From the NCBI RefSeq assembly GCF_018977255.1, contig NW_024704743.1, positions 6,512,001-6,576,000 of the forward strand: DNA of 64,000 nt. Direction: 5' to 3'. The notes beneath the pieces were generated by a model, which was given only the letters and a program-made list of their open reading frames with translations, had not been told where the DNA came from and made no database searches. This DNA comes from Callorhinchus milii (Eukaryota). Shown here piece by piece: positions 1 to 13,054 of this stretch (its first letter is position 1; each line of letters opens with the position of its first letter). A program made the translations under genes and the position numbers.

Positions 1-157
1 CCCTAATCATGCTGTCCATTTTTTGGTATGGATTGTTACTGAACAGCAGGTTGAGGGGTATCGCTAGAGATAACAGAATGTTTTGTGGTAATGCAATGCC
101 AGTTAAAGACAAAACTTAATCCACGATAAATATGTCATATTAAAAAAANTGTCATAC

Positions 158-311
158 CTTCAGAACACGAGTCATCACTGCTAATACTCAGTCGTTCAGC
201 GTTGCCCTGCACATACTTGTTATATAATTTTATTCGCAATGCCCAGCTCAAATCTGGTTGTCTAACAGTATTCTTCAAGCGACGTCTTGCATTTGCAAAC
301 CAGTTAGATAC
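158..311 (-). CDS. MKX: Mohawk homeobox, coding exon 3 (VSNWFANARRRLKNTVRQPDLSWALRIKLYNKYVQGNAERLSISSDDSCSE); gene continues past the left edge
   Basis: Translated by hand (not in ORF track). Acceptor ttccattag|GTA, donor GAAG|gtatga, 154 nt. Contains the WFANARRR recognition helix. Confidence 0.97.
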
Positions 312-2475
312 CTAATGGAAAAACATAAGATATGTGTTTTGAAATATATATATTATATATATATACACGTATGCTAAATAACACCATAATAAGGAGTCTT
401 TTGTTCAAGAAATGTCTGTTATAATTACTCCAAAAATACTAACTGGAAGCAATTTTATCCACAAATAATAATAATAATAAGACAGTTAGTAAGAATTCAT
501 TTAAAATGCGTGAAATTAGGTGTTATTTAAATATCAATTATTCCAAGTGTAAACATTTGTACAAACCAATTGTACGGGTTTGTTTTTATTACAGACAGTA
601 TTAAACAGCGACGTAACAAAAAAAACTTGCATTTATGTAGCACCCTTCATGCAGATAATGTCTTGGAGTGCTTAACAGTAACAGAATTTGACGCCGAGCT
701 GGAGAGAAAACCCCTCACTACAGTAGTTTGTGAATGTTTACGCATTTTTTAAATATATGGCACACGTTCTAACTGTTACTAAATGTTTGAATTCCTGGGG
801 TGAGATTCTAAAATTAACCTGTGATGTGATAACCTCATTGGTGAGGTTATCACATGACAGAAAATGTCACTCCTGTAAATGTCTCCGTCAGTATCTAACC
901 ACCCAGCCCTCTCCCCCCACCAACCCCCAATGTATTTGTGATGTTGTTTGGTCTTGAAACTGGCCATAGCCTCCAATGAACTTGCTGTTTATCAGGATTT
1001 GATAATGGAACATCCCAACCAGATAAATGTGGTCATTCATTGTGGGACATCACTGTATGCAAATTGGCTGCTGTGTTTGCCTATAAAAATACAGAGTTAC
1101 TACACTCTACAATTAACCCTGTGAATAATAAATAATAATAATATTATTATAATAATTATTATAATTATATAACAATAAATAATATTATAGCCCTGTGAAG
1201 CACAGTGATGTGATAAGGGCTGTATCAAATATTATTATTGTTAGATATCAACAGACGTTGACAGGGGTGGAATTTTCTGTGATTACCACCAAAGAAAATC
1301 AATACTTCACATAGTAAAGACATTCATTTTAGTTGCAATACTTGTTTTCCTTAATTTAAGTGATTGATTATTGATAATGAACAGAATGCATGTCCAGTGC
1401 AATAACCTGATTTCAGAAAATATTGCATCGATTATTTGAAGGAAAACCTTTCATCTTTAAAAACTCCGAAATTTGGAAACGGAACAGTATTTTTTGAATG
1501 ATTTGTGGCCCGTTTGATATTAGTGCCGTTTTTTTTTTTTTTCCGTTCACAGTGTGAAAGGGTTAAATAAGTAGATGGAATGAAGTAGGATTTGCAGGCC
1601 ACCATATGTTGCACTGAGGAGACTAACTTGGCTGCTCCTTGAAACCAGAATTGCCTTTGTGCTCTCTGTGCAGATAATGAAGTAGAACGTGGCAGAGAAG
1701 GCTTCATGCTGATTGTGGTCGCAAAGGGATCAGAAGACATGTAGCCAGCAGCAAGCACTGTCTAAACAGCACAGCTGTCCTGCCAGCTGGAGGAAGCCCC
1801 GAGTTTAAGCAATTGACACACTCGAGAAACTCTAGACTTGTCTGTTAATGTTATTTAATCTAGAAGACGTGAAAAGCCCTATATCAAATGCAATAATAAT
1901 AATTATTATTATTACTTAATCTCAGTGTTATAATCATCTTTTAAAAATTGACCGGAAATTAAATTAAATTAAATTAAACATTGTTGATGGACTAAGATTT
2001 CAAGAGTTGGAAGAAGCATGGTGGACTGAATCATTTTCCAAACACAAAATATCACATATATACAGCTTTGTTTTAATCGAATGTCACCAAGAGATTTGGG
2101 TTATTTATAAATAAATACCTCACAGCAGTTTAGGGCACAAAATAATAAAAAATTATAAAAATAAAACCTGGACTAAATTAGGGCTCAGATTTTATTGACC
2201 TCATAATTTATGTCAGAAAACATCTATTAGACACAGGTACCATTTATAGTTCACATATGACTGGATTGTTTGCTATGAAAATCTTAAAAGTAATTGCTAT
2301 GTGGTGGTTTGTATCGTATATCACACAATTCGGTAATCCAAGCCTATTATAAACATAAATCTAACAATAAGTGAATCTAATCTTGCCTCCAAATGGCCTG
2401 AATGTTATAATGAAAAATATTACTCTTTGCGTGTACTCTTTAATGTCTACACCTATTCAAACGCAGTATACTGGT

Positions 2476-2476
<1 letters not shown>

Positions 2477-2508
<32 letters not shown>

Positions 2509-2700
2509 CCTTGCATTTGATATAGGGCTTTTCACATCTTCTAGGTGTCTCAAAGTGCTTCATAGAATATGCTGTAAAGTGAATTGACCGCATGTTTGTG
2601 GGCGAAACGTGGCAGCCAATTGCGCACAGCAGTGTCCCACAAACGGTCATGGATTGAAAATGACCAATTTTATTTTTTTTTGTTTTGGTGGGATTATTAA
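2477..2700 (-). mobile_element. SINE 3' portion in an MKX intron
   Basis: (TAA)n followed by the reverse complement of the family body. Confidence 0.87.
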
Positions 2701-3479
2701 ACAAATTAATTTAAATAAATTTATTTAAACCACAAATTAGCAAAGAGGATAATGTTTTTTGTTCCCCACTAAGGTCAAATATAGCAGGGTAACACTAAAA
2801 AAAACAAGGCATTGACTGTGTTATTCAGTCAGTAGCTGCAGACGTTTTGCTATGATGAGGTGGAATAAAATATATTCAAATGGAATTTGTACAGTACTGT
2901 ACAATCCAGACACCAGTATGGAGCAAGCCAGCTTGTACACTCACAATGATTTTAAAGTTTTAAGCAGTAAAGGTAATATGTTGAAAGCATGGGGCTGAGA
3001 CATTTGAAGAGGAATGATGAGTTGGATTGTAAAAGTGATTTAATGGAATCTATTTTGTCATTTAAAGAGAAAAGCAGAAAGTCAAGTATCATCAGATTCC
3101 ACTAAAGCGTCTCATGTAAAAAGGTATGTATATTTCTGTCTATGTACATATACAAAAACATCAGTATAAATGAATAGATAATATCACCCGGTCCTCATAA
3201 TGAAGATTAAATATTTGATGTTTCTGATTGATCAACCTTGATCCAGGGGCAGGAAATGTTTAAAAATTTCAACTTGATTGTCACTTGCCTCGCCAGTCAC
3301 CCCAAGTGGCTGTAGCGTGGCTAGCGGCGGGTAAGAGAAATAGACTGGAAGCTTCTGAATGCCCAGCAGTAAGTGTAACTCACTGAACTAACTTTACTAG
3401 AATAAGAGGTTAGTTAAAGAGACAGACCACCGTGCAGGAGGCACAGAGCTTCTTCTCACTGAATAGAAACAATCCCTTA

Positions 3480-3815
3480 TCAGATCGAGAAGACTAATAA
3501 ATTCAAAATTGAGCAGATAGCTCCAAAACAAAGGGGCGTAAGTATAAGAAATGCAGTGATAGTAATAAAAGGGAATTTAGGAGGAACTTCTTCATGCAGA
3601 AGGTGATGAGATTGTGGAACACGCTGCCGGAAACTGTGGTTGCAGCAAAAAGTATCAATGTATTTAAGACGAAACTTGATGCGCACATGAGGGAGAAGGA
3701 ATAGAAGGGTATAGGAGAGGGGAATAGGAGGGGTAGGGGCTTGTGTGCAGTATAAACGTCAGCATGGTCCAGTAGGGCCGAATGGTCTAATGTATCACTC
3801 TATGTAACTCTGTGT
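3480..3815 (+). mobile_element. CR1 3' fragment in an MKX intron
   Basis: aggaggaacttcttcatgcagaaggtgatgagattgtggaac (RRNFFxQKVxxxWN motif), gggccgaatgg and an actctatgta-type tail. Confidence 0.8.
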
Positions 3816-5283
3816 AGAACATTATCTTAAAGCAAACCTAAAGGAGTGTTTTATAAAATAATACCTTTGTGGTTACAGCAAAGACGAGAAAGCCCCAGTA
3901 ACTGCTTACAGAAAAATAAGGTCCAAATCAGAAGAAACATATCCAAACATTAACCCTCAACTATTTACAGTAATTCTAAATTACATGAATAAAAGTGCCA
4001 ACGAGGAGTCTAAATTTTGTTTTGTGAGCTATGAATTTGTTTTGAAGGCTTAACTGGTTTAATCTTCTAGTAAAGGTGGCTGTTGGCTATTCCACAGGAA
4101 AATAATATATCAACAACAGCTTGCATTTATGTAATGCCCTTCATGAGGACAGCATCTCGAGTGCTTAATAAAGCACATTGGAATGTTTAATATGAATTTA
4201 CTATGGAGTTGCACTCGTACCGCTATCAATAATAATTCAATTAAAACCAATAATAACAAATGTTAAAATCAATTTGCCTGGCAAAGTTTTAAAAATAGCT
4301 GAACATGTCTTTTTATTGAAATTCAATATTGTATCTAATTCAATATTCAATATTTAGCACAAACTGAGATTAAATTAATTTAGCCTGTTTTAATTTGCCT
4401 TTTTGTATGCTTGTATAACATATGTTCTTCAGAAATATATTTTTTTATATTTATTTTTTGCATGTAGTGTTGTTGCCATTGAATCTTATAATGTTAAGAT
4501 GTAGTTCAAAAAGTCAACAGATGTATCTCATTAGAAATAGTTACTTATGATTAAACACAAATTGTCATTATTTTGTTTTAAATAATGACCTTGTTAACTG
4601 CCGACTGCTCATATTGTACTCAGTAGATGAACGAGTATCGGAAAATAAAGCAATTAAGGAAATATCCGACATTTTGTATTAAGCAGACATTTCATTGCGT
4701 ATATTTTTTTCTCCTAATTTTCCGTCAAACCACATTTAATGACAATTGACTGACAATATGATCGTTCTGTGTTAAATCAACATCAGATTGTAACACGAGA
4801 AAACTCTGCGAACTCGCTTGAATACTTCACTCAAATTCATTCAGTTTAACCCTCTTAGCAGTAAATTTATTTTTAATATAAAAAAGTATAGTCCTCTCTC
4901 TCTTCGTGGCACCATGTAACAATACTGTTTATTTGCATTCTGTATAATTTGCAAGTGTTTAAAAAAAAGTCAATTTGTTAAACCTTAACTCCTAAAACTG
5001 AATAGTCTGATTTAGACACAACTTGTATTACTTGCTTCTATTCCGGAGACTGTGTGCCAATATTTTTGAAGCTTTTCTTAAAAAGGAAATATTCAACTAG
5101 GATTTAAAAGTGTAGCCATGAATCAAGCTTTAAATGTCAACCCAGTATTCAGAAGAAATTGCTTCTTGGAATAGTGAAAATAAACCTTTTAGTATTTTTT
5201 CTTGTGTGTTGAATGTTTGTGTCGCTGACCACATCATGCAAACATAACTCAAACACAATGTAAACATCATGCGGGTTGAACAT

Positions 5284-5422
5284 AAAATAATAATAATCCT
5301 TACATTTGATATAGCGTTTTTCATGTCTTCTAGACATCTCAAAGCGCTTCACAGAACGTACTGTAAAGTGAATTGACTGTATATTTTGTGGGTGAAACGC
5401 GGCAGCCAATTGCACACAGCAG
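5284..5422 (-). mobile_element. SINE 3' fragment in an MKX intron
   Basis: Reverse complement of the family tail. Confidence 0.85.
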
Positions 5423-5781
5423 TAATACCACTGAATTGCCAAATAGCTATACTGTACCTCAGTGTTTTATAAGCTACAGAGGATGTGGAGTTAGCATTCC
5501 CTCAGGATGTGACCTTCAGGTTGTGGTGGGGTAACTGAACCACATCTGGCATTGTTTCCCTTCATGATATGAAAAGATCACCAAAAATACCATTCACTCA
5601 ACGCACTGAATGTAAAGGATTGGTCAGAATACACATTTACTTTTACCTGAATTCATTGGGTCAATGAATCTAAACACCACCGTTACTTGTTGGTAGAATG
5701 TAATAAGTAAAGCACACAGACTTCTCTCCAGAGAAGTGTAGATTTGCAATTGGATAGGATAAGGGGAAAAAACTGCCTTAC

Positions 5782-5941
5782 TTGCACCAGGGTCATCTGG
5801 GATCCAAGCGCCAGGAGGATTTTTTCGGTCTTGGTTGGATAGGGATTGTCGCGGTGTTTGTAAAGCCATTGCTTCAGAGGGCGAGCCATGTCCTGGAGAG
5901 CCTGTCGCTTGTGTCTCACCTTCCCACCGCCCTGCCGAGAA
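5782..5941 (-). CDS. MKX: Mohawk homeobox, coding exon 2 (homeodomain N-part: SRQGGGKVRHKRQALQDMARPLKQWLYKHRDNPYPTKTEKILLALGSQMTLVQ)
   Basis: Acceptor ttctgcag|T, donor CAA|gtaagg, 160 nt. TALE homeodomain with NPYP loop, matching MKX. Confidence 0.97.
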
Positions 5942-6609
5942 CTGCAGAAATTTCATTATAACAGGAGTTCATCAAGGTAAGGCACACACACACACTGTAC
6001 TGTAATGTGTGGACCAACAAACATGAGGAATAATGTGTGCACAGAGAAAATGACTATCTGTCCATGGTGAATTCTATGCAGTGGCTATTTTGTACTGTAT
6101 CTCATGCAATTCCATGCGCAAGATCACATGAAAGGAGATCATCACAAAGAATGTAACATCTGCATTGGAATACTATATAACATCTGCATTTGTTTCTACC
6201 CTGGACTACAGATTCCCACCAGGAAATCCACACATGCCAGCAAGCAGTTAGACCTAGACAGCATGCACTGCAAGGTGTCAACAAGCACCGAACATCTAGA
6301 CTTAGGCAAATTAAAGTTCTGGGTTTTAACTGACATTAAAAATTGTATTTATTTTAAGGGAAGATAGCAACTCGCATTCACTGTAGCTATTACATTACTT
6401 ATCAGTCTGAGATCGAATAGTACTTTCAGCGGTTGCGGTTATAAATGTAACTTAAAGCGTGCTGCTTTTCAAACACCATCCACATACCAATAATAATAGT
6501 AATAACAATAAAGGAAATAGAATAGCCGGAACAATAAAACAGTTGTCATTCTTCAATTAGCTTGATAAAGTATTTTCGGAACAAATGGGTGGAATGCACT
6601 ACAGAATAT

Positions 6610-6720
6610 AATAATAATCCTTCCATTCAATACAACACCTCATCAAGTCTTCGAGGTGTCTCAATGCACTTCACTGAATATACTGTAAAGTGAATTGACT
6701 GTATATATTTGGGGGCGAAT
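6610..6720 (-). mobile_element. SINE tail fragment
   Basis: ataataatccttccattcaa...ctgtaaagtgaattgactgtata. Confidence 0.7.
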
Positions 6721-6949
6721 AATAACGGATTCAAGATTGGTCTGAAGCGATATACTTTGATGCACAACTGTGCTATTTTTCAAGGTCTTGATGTGTCTCG
6801 ATGTGCAGATCTGTGGGCAGATATTGTTTAGCCCGGCTGCGGGCACAACAGCAAGTATTTATAGATTTCTGTGTCCACGTACAAACCGGGTATCTCTCTC
6901 GGTGTCTGACTGTGCCTTTGTATTGCAACTGCTTGTTTCGTGGTGTATC

Positions 6950-7205
6950 TTGGGCAAGTTTCCTTCCTCCACACAACCTAATAATAATCCCTCCAAAACC
7001 AAAAACAATAATAAAAGTGGTCATTTTCAATCCACGTCTATTTGTGGGGACACTGCTGTGCGCAATTGGCTGCCGCGTTCGCCCACAAATACACAGTCAA
7101 TTCACTTTACAGTGTGTTCTGTGAAGCGCTTTGGGACGTCCTCCCGACGTGAAAAGCGCTATTTCAAATGCAAGGATTATTATTATTATTATTATTATTA
7201 TTATA
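6950..7205 (+). mobile_element. SINE (5' truncated) in an MKX intron
   Basis: Nearly identical to the body and tail of the 41762 copy. Confidence 0.88.
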
Positions 7206-8519
7206 GCAACTTGTGAGTGAGGTACAGTGCTGTGTGCGTGTTGTCTCTCGGTGCACATGCAGCCCGTGGCCGCCAGGTGTCAGTGTCCCGCTGGGGAAAG
7301 TCTCTGTTGCAGACACTTGTTTTCTGACCCCAGTGAATGCTTTTCTGACTCATGTTTTCAGGAACAGTCCCTCTCGTACATTTTGCTTAAACCACCGCAG
7401 AATCGCTAAACTTTTCGCAATCCATGACCCCGGTGCATTTTCATCGCGGATCTTTGCTGTTTGCATCTAAATCCTCCAAGTCATTGGCAACCTTTTGCAG
7501 TCTTGTTTGTGGCTGAATTAGTGGAAGTCTGGCTTCCTTCTCACTGCAAACGTCTGCAGTTAATATAAATTACAATTCATCTGATAACCAGATCGAACAG
7601 AAATCTATTGGGATTCGTTACGGTGTACGTATTTCAGGTTTTCTCACTTGGCATTTAAACAATAAAAGGTTTGAGTCGCTGTTACAATTTAAAAATAATA
7701 TAGATGTGTGTGTAAAAACGTGCAAACACAGAATCCGCAGCAAAAATAAATTGGTCGAACTGACAGACTGCACTGTATTGCTGTGAAACACACGGGAAAC
7801 GTTTGCATAGTTTTAATTTTAATGATCTAAAGCCACACGTGGAGACACACCGATGGAAAACAATGTATTGGGAATGCATTTAAGGTGATCGGGATATTTT
7901 AGTGCAGAGTGAAAGCCGAATCAACTGGAGTTGAAGAATGTGTCATTTTTGTTCAATTTGGGCCGATTGTTGGACAATCCAGGATTCATTTTTTTTGCAC
8001 AAAACAAAAATAAAATTAAAAAAAGATCCAGTCTGCTTGACCAGCAGCTCAGTTTACGAGACTAACTGAACGTTCAGGGGGAAACAGGAGAAAGGCAGAG
8101 AAATAAATGTTTTAGTGGGTTTTCTTTTTTTTTCAAAAAAAATTGCGATTTTTGATAAAAGAATCTCTTGACCTCGAAAAATGCAGAGAGTCAAAATGTC
8201 CTAAAATCTTACTTTGCTGCTCATGTCATCAGACACTCACTCACTCACTCACTCACTCACTCACTCACTCACCCGCTGAAGGAAAGAGACTTTCCAGAAT
8301 GCTGTTCGACAATGATCAACTCGAGTGTATTAAGTATTGTATTATATTATTATATGGTTTAAACACACAAACACATACACACGGTAATTGTTTAAAGTGC
8401 TGCACTGAGGAGCATCGGATACCAATCGTTGTGTGATATTAAGTCTTTATGTTGAATGTCTAATGAATTAATATCTAAAAGGTTGTTACAGTTACTTCAG
8501 GCTTTCAGAGGCACAAACC

Positions 8520-8655
8520 CATCCCCAGTCCCCAACCCCCATCCCCAGCCCCAACCCCCATCCCCAGCCCCCATCCCCCAGCTCCAGCCCCCCAGCCCCC
8601 CAGCCCCCATCCCCCAGCCCCCCAGCCCCCCAGCCCCCAGCCCCCCAGCCCCATC
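8520..8655. repeat. C-rich (CCCCAG/CCCCAT) minisatellite
   Basis: Directly visible degenerate tandem units. Confidence 0.9.
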
Positions 8656-8746
8656 TCCACATTTAAACAATAATATGTTGGATTCGCTGTTGCAATTAAA
8701 ATTAAAAGTTGTAAAACTTATTGCAAATGCAAAATATGTAGAGGGT

Positions 8747-8777
<31 letters not shown>

Positions 8778-9236
8778 GGGGGGTGCAGAAGCTCCGGGAC
8801 GCAACCCCGTGTGTGAAGGGCACTGTCTAAATAATAATTATTATTATCATTACAAATGCAAGTTGTTGTTCTCATCTCCTGATCTGGACGTACGAAACTG
8901 ATCGATGAAATTAGTTTAATATAAAATATAGTGTAAGTATATATATATATATATATAATGCATATATATATATATATATCTAACAAAGTAAGTACAGCAA
9001 AAAAATGCGATTTCAAATTGAATGTTGCCCAAACAAATGTACGAGTGGAGTGGGAGGAGGAGTGAGAGCGAGAGAGAGAGCGAGAGGGAGAGGGACATTA
9101 AATGTGTGAATTGTACCAGTGGATCAGCCGTGTGGACGTCTGGTCACGTTTCCCTCCAGTCCCATCGCTCAGGTCAGGCGATGAGGAGCCATGAATAAAT
9201 AGTGAAAAGGAAATAAAGAGAGGAGTGCAATCGTAC

Positions 9237-9415
9237 CCTGATCTCCTCTGCCTCAGACTCCGTTGGCTTTTGCTGGAAGGACTGTCCGGAATGAGCAGCT
9301 CCTGGTGTTGTTCTTCCATCACCTCCATGTAGGTCCTGCTGCTCCTCTCCACCTCGCTCGCCTTCTCCTCGAAGAGGACTTGGCTGGTGAATTTGTTAAA
9401 CACGATGGTGTTCAT
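9237..9415 (-). CDS. MKX: Mohawk homeobox, first coding exon (MNTIVFNKFTSQVLFEEKASEVERSS...LRQRRSG)
   Basis: ATG at 9415-9413 (gaagATGa). The N-terminus MNTIVFNK..VLFEE is characteristic of MKX. The exon ends at donor GG|gtacga after 179 nt (phase 2), matching the next exon. Confidence 0.93.
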
Positions 9416-9587
9416 CTTCCTCTGAGCTGCCACCTTCCAAATGCCACTGCAGTGGGTTGTTTTGGGGGAGTGGGTGGGGGAGAGGGTGGGGGAGAGGGTG
9501 GGTGGGGGAGTGAGAGAGAGAGAGAGAGAGAGAGTGAGTGAGTGAGGGAGTGAGTGAGTGAGTGAGTGAGATCGCCTCTGGTTTGCA
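9416..9587 (-). other. MKX: Probable 5'UTR part of the MKX first coding exon, containing (TCAC)n/(CT)n and C-rich tracts
   Basis: Strong acceptor cccttttccttcctcag| ending at 9588 on the minus strand. No ATG seen between it and 9415. A weaker alternative acceptor (ccactgcag|) lies at 9447. Confidence 0.5.
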
Positions 9588-10728
9588 CTGAGGAAGGAAA
9601 AGGGTGACAGACAGACTTTTCACTACAACATAACAACAATCGAAACAGCGCCGATTCGCATGTGAACGGGAGCGAAAACCGACCAGAACATCATCCCAGG
9701 GAACAGCGACCCGCGGACCACACGCTCCGCACTTTGTTCAGCCGCAGTGCAGGAACGTTGTCACTCACTTTCACTGCCCCCCCCCCCCCCTCCCCCCCCC
9801 TCCCCACCCCCCCAAAAAAAAAACAGATTTGTGTGTTTTTTTTTCCCCCTAAAAAAAAACCCCCACCTCGTTTACCGGCCGCAAATATGCGCCGTTCGTA
9901 AGGTTTCGAAAGAGAGAAATAGTTTTTACTGCGACGGATTGTATGTCACTAAATATAGGTCAAGGTTTCCAGCTGCTGGGACTAAAGTATTTAAGTCAGT
10001 ATTTTCAGTAAAACATCGGCGGATCTCTCTTTCTTTCCTCTTTGCCACTGAGACCAGGGAAACCGATATTTCCAAAATAATAATAATAATAATGATAATA
10101 ATAATCCTTGCATTTCAAGATATATAACGATGTAAATATATATGTATATATAGACTGTATTCTGGGAGCATTAACCGTTGACATTCGCACACCTTCTGCT
10201 GATCACCATCAGAACTCAATCTCACACACATGGAACGAGCGAGAAATCAAAGCAATAAAACCAGGACATCATCTGCAAGAAATAGTTCAGGTCTTAATCG
10301 TTTATATTATTTTCTTCGTACTCACAAACATTCTCTTTTATATTGTTTTCTATGATCGCAAGGATTATATCTAATATATATATCACATCATATCTATTGA
10401 TTTATATAGATTTACAACAGCAAATTTGTTCCCTTTTGTGTATTTAACATCCGCAGAAAGTTTGCAATTCACCTCCAACTCCTCGGAAATGTTCTGCAAA
10501 CACATCTGGACTTGGACAGACCTCGCGCCTGAATTAGCAGAAATGCATTTGTTTTTGATGACCAAACCCTTCTTCGTTAGAACAAAGTTGTTCATATGCA
10601 TTCCGATTCCAATGTATGTAAAAAAATATCAGTGGGAACAGTTCAGCAGCTCCGAGTGTAACCACATCAGAAGACCTGAGAAATGTCGCACACAAACGCG
10701 CAAAGTACATAAATAAAACTGCTGTAAA

Positions 10729-10857
10729 TGTGGGGGACAGTGGGGGGGACAGTGGGGGGACAGTGGGGGGGGGACAGTGGGGGGGACAGTGGGGGGGGCA
10801 GTGGGGGGGGGGGCAGTGGGGGGGGGGGACAGTGGGGGGGCAGTGGGGGGGGGACAG
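10729..10857. repeat. G-rich minisatellite, unit about gtG(7-10)aca, roughly 10 copies
   Basis: Directly visible. Confidence 0.92.
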
Positions 10858-11167
10858 GACGGGAGAGTTCACAGTATTTACCAGGATCTGTCCTGCGGAT
10901 TGCGATTCACTTTGTTTTGTCTGTGAACACTTCGGGGAAACAGAGTCCAGACAGTGTTACAGAATTCCCTGAACCTGTCTGTGTCTGAAACCTCTGTCTG
11001 TTTACTAAATCAAATAAAAGCCTCGTGTGTTGCTGCTGCTGCTGCTGGTGGGGGGGGGGGGGGGGGACCTGTCTGTCTGCTGTTCCTCCTCTCTTACCTG
11101 ACACCCTTCGCTAAACCTTCGTGCCTTGAATGTACGGGAAAGTACTTGACCAACAGTTACGACGTGT

Positions 11168-11617
11168 GCACACACATACACAACATGCACACAACATGCA
11201 CACCGACACACACCTACACACACACACACACAACATACACACCGACACACACCTACACACACACAACATGCACACCGACACACACCTACACACACACACA
11301 CAACATGCACACCGACACACACCTACACACACACGCACACAACATGCACACCGACACACACAGACACACAACATGCACACCGACACACACCTACACACAC
11401 ACACACACACTCACAACACACACAGACACACAGACACACACAACACACACACAACATACACACCGACACACACCTGCACACACGCACACTCACAACACAC
11501 ACACTCACAACACACACAAACACAACACACACACTCACAACACACACAGACACACAGACACACAACACACACAGACACACACAAACAACACACACGCGGA
11601 CACTCACAACACACACA
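11168..11617. repeat. CA-derived minisatellite (cacaacatgcacaccgacacacacctacaca...)
   Basis: Directly visible; explains the H/T/C/V-rich spurious ORFs. Confidence 0.92.
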
Positions 11618-12148
11618 TTTTTGAAAGCCAAACTCTTTCATTAAAAGGCACGACTTTGCACAGTCGGTGACAGTCCAGGGCTGAGTGTGGCTCATAATAT
11701 CGACATGTTCGCCCCCCAACCCACCGACAGACCAAATAGATGTCGGTGGAGATGTTTAAAACAACCATTTTCTGCCCCCCTCCCCCCCCATCACCACCTC
11801 CCCCCCCCCCCCCCCCTCCCCTCCCCTTCCCCACTGATGAAGTTGTAAACTGCTCAAACAGATCTGAGGCGATAACCTTCACACCGCAAATCCCCAGGAG
11901 GACCGGAATCAAGACGATCTGTCAGGAAACAGTAAACAAGTGGCCAACAAACATCTTTGCTCTTCCTGCCACTGTTTGCACCCCACACCCCCCCCCACAC
12001 CCCCCCCCCCCACCCCACACACCACACACACACACACAACACCCCTCATCCTTTGACCACAAGTACCTTTATTGACCACCCACACGTCACAGATTTGCCT
12101 GAAAACCACATCCATTGCCATTCAACCCACTTGATATCGACTCTGTTG

Positions 12149-12710
12149 CACACACACAACACACAACACATACCAACACACAACACATACCAACACACAA
12201 CACATACCAACACACAACACATACCAACACACAACACATACCAACACACAACACATACCAACACACAACACATACCAACACACACAACACACACCAACAC
12301 ACACAACACACACACAACATACCAACACACAACACATACCAACACACAACACATACCAACACACAACACATACCAACACACAACACATACCAACACACAA
12401 CACATACCAACACACAACACATACCAAACACACAACACATACCAACACACAACACATACCAACACACAACACATACCAACACACACAACACACACAACAC
12501 ACCAACACACAATACATACCAACACACACAACACACACACAACACACCAACACAAAACACACACCAACACACACACAACACACACACACACATACACACA
12601 ACACACTAACACACAACACACACACACAACACACACACACAACACACCAACACTAAAACACACACACGCACACATACACACAACACACCAACACATAACC
12701 AACACACACC
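12149..12710. repeat. 17-bp minisatellite (caacacataccaacaca)n decaying into CA-rich sequence
   Basis: Directly visible; gives a 17-aa periodicity in the ORF track. Confidence 0.93.
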
Positions 12711-12775
12711 CTCTCTCCACATCACCATACAACACTGTCAAAAGTCTCTGCAGCCCCTTCATCTCTAACATGATC

Positions 12776-12990
12776 AGAGAGAGAGAGTGTGTGTGTGTGT
12801 CTGTGCGTGTGTGAGAGTGTGTGTGAGTGTGTGTGTGTGTGAGTGTGTATGTGTGCACTAGGAACACGATGGCATTTTTTTGTTGACGAGAGAGAGAGAG
12901 ACAGAGCAGAGAGAGAGAGAGAGAGAGTGAGTGAGTGAGAGAGAGGAGACACAGAGAGAAAGAGAGCAGAGAGAGAGAGAGAGAGAGAGA
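12776..12990. repeat. (GT)n / (GA)n microsatellite cluster
   Basis: Directly visible. Confidence 0.9.
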
Positions 12991-13054
12991 CTGTACTTTA
13001 GTAAAGATTTCGCACACCCACCGGTTAGTTCGTTGGAGATTGGCTGCATTTTAC

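Noticed and set aside
1..63. Possible next MKX exon after an acceptor-like tctctag at 64 (frame open to the window edge)
   Set aside because: The translation (AIPLNLLFSNNPYQKMDSMIR) does not resemble the MKX continuation as I recall it; the true exon is probably beyond the window. Not fully excluded.
2710..2729. AT-only palindrome tttaaataaatttatttaaa
   Set aside because: Expected by chance in AT-rich sequence next to a SINE end.
9416..9433. N-terminal extension MAAQRK of MKX in the ORF track
   Set aside because: Starts at a non-ATG codon; the conserved start is the ATG at 9415.
11168..12710. CRISPR-like periodic array
   Set aside because: No unique spacers, no cas genes, eukaryotic context; these are tandem minisatellites.
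10954..13017. Long H/T- or C/V-rich ORFs (238, 285, 323 aa etc.)
   Set aside because: Translations of CA-based minisatellites that are open in several frames on both strands; not genes.
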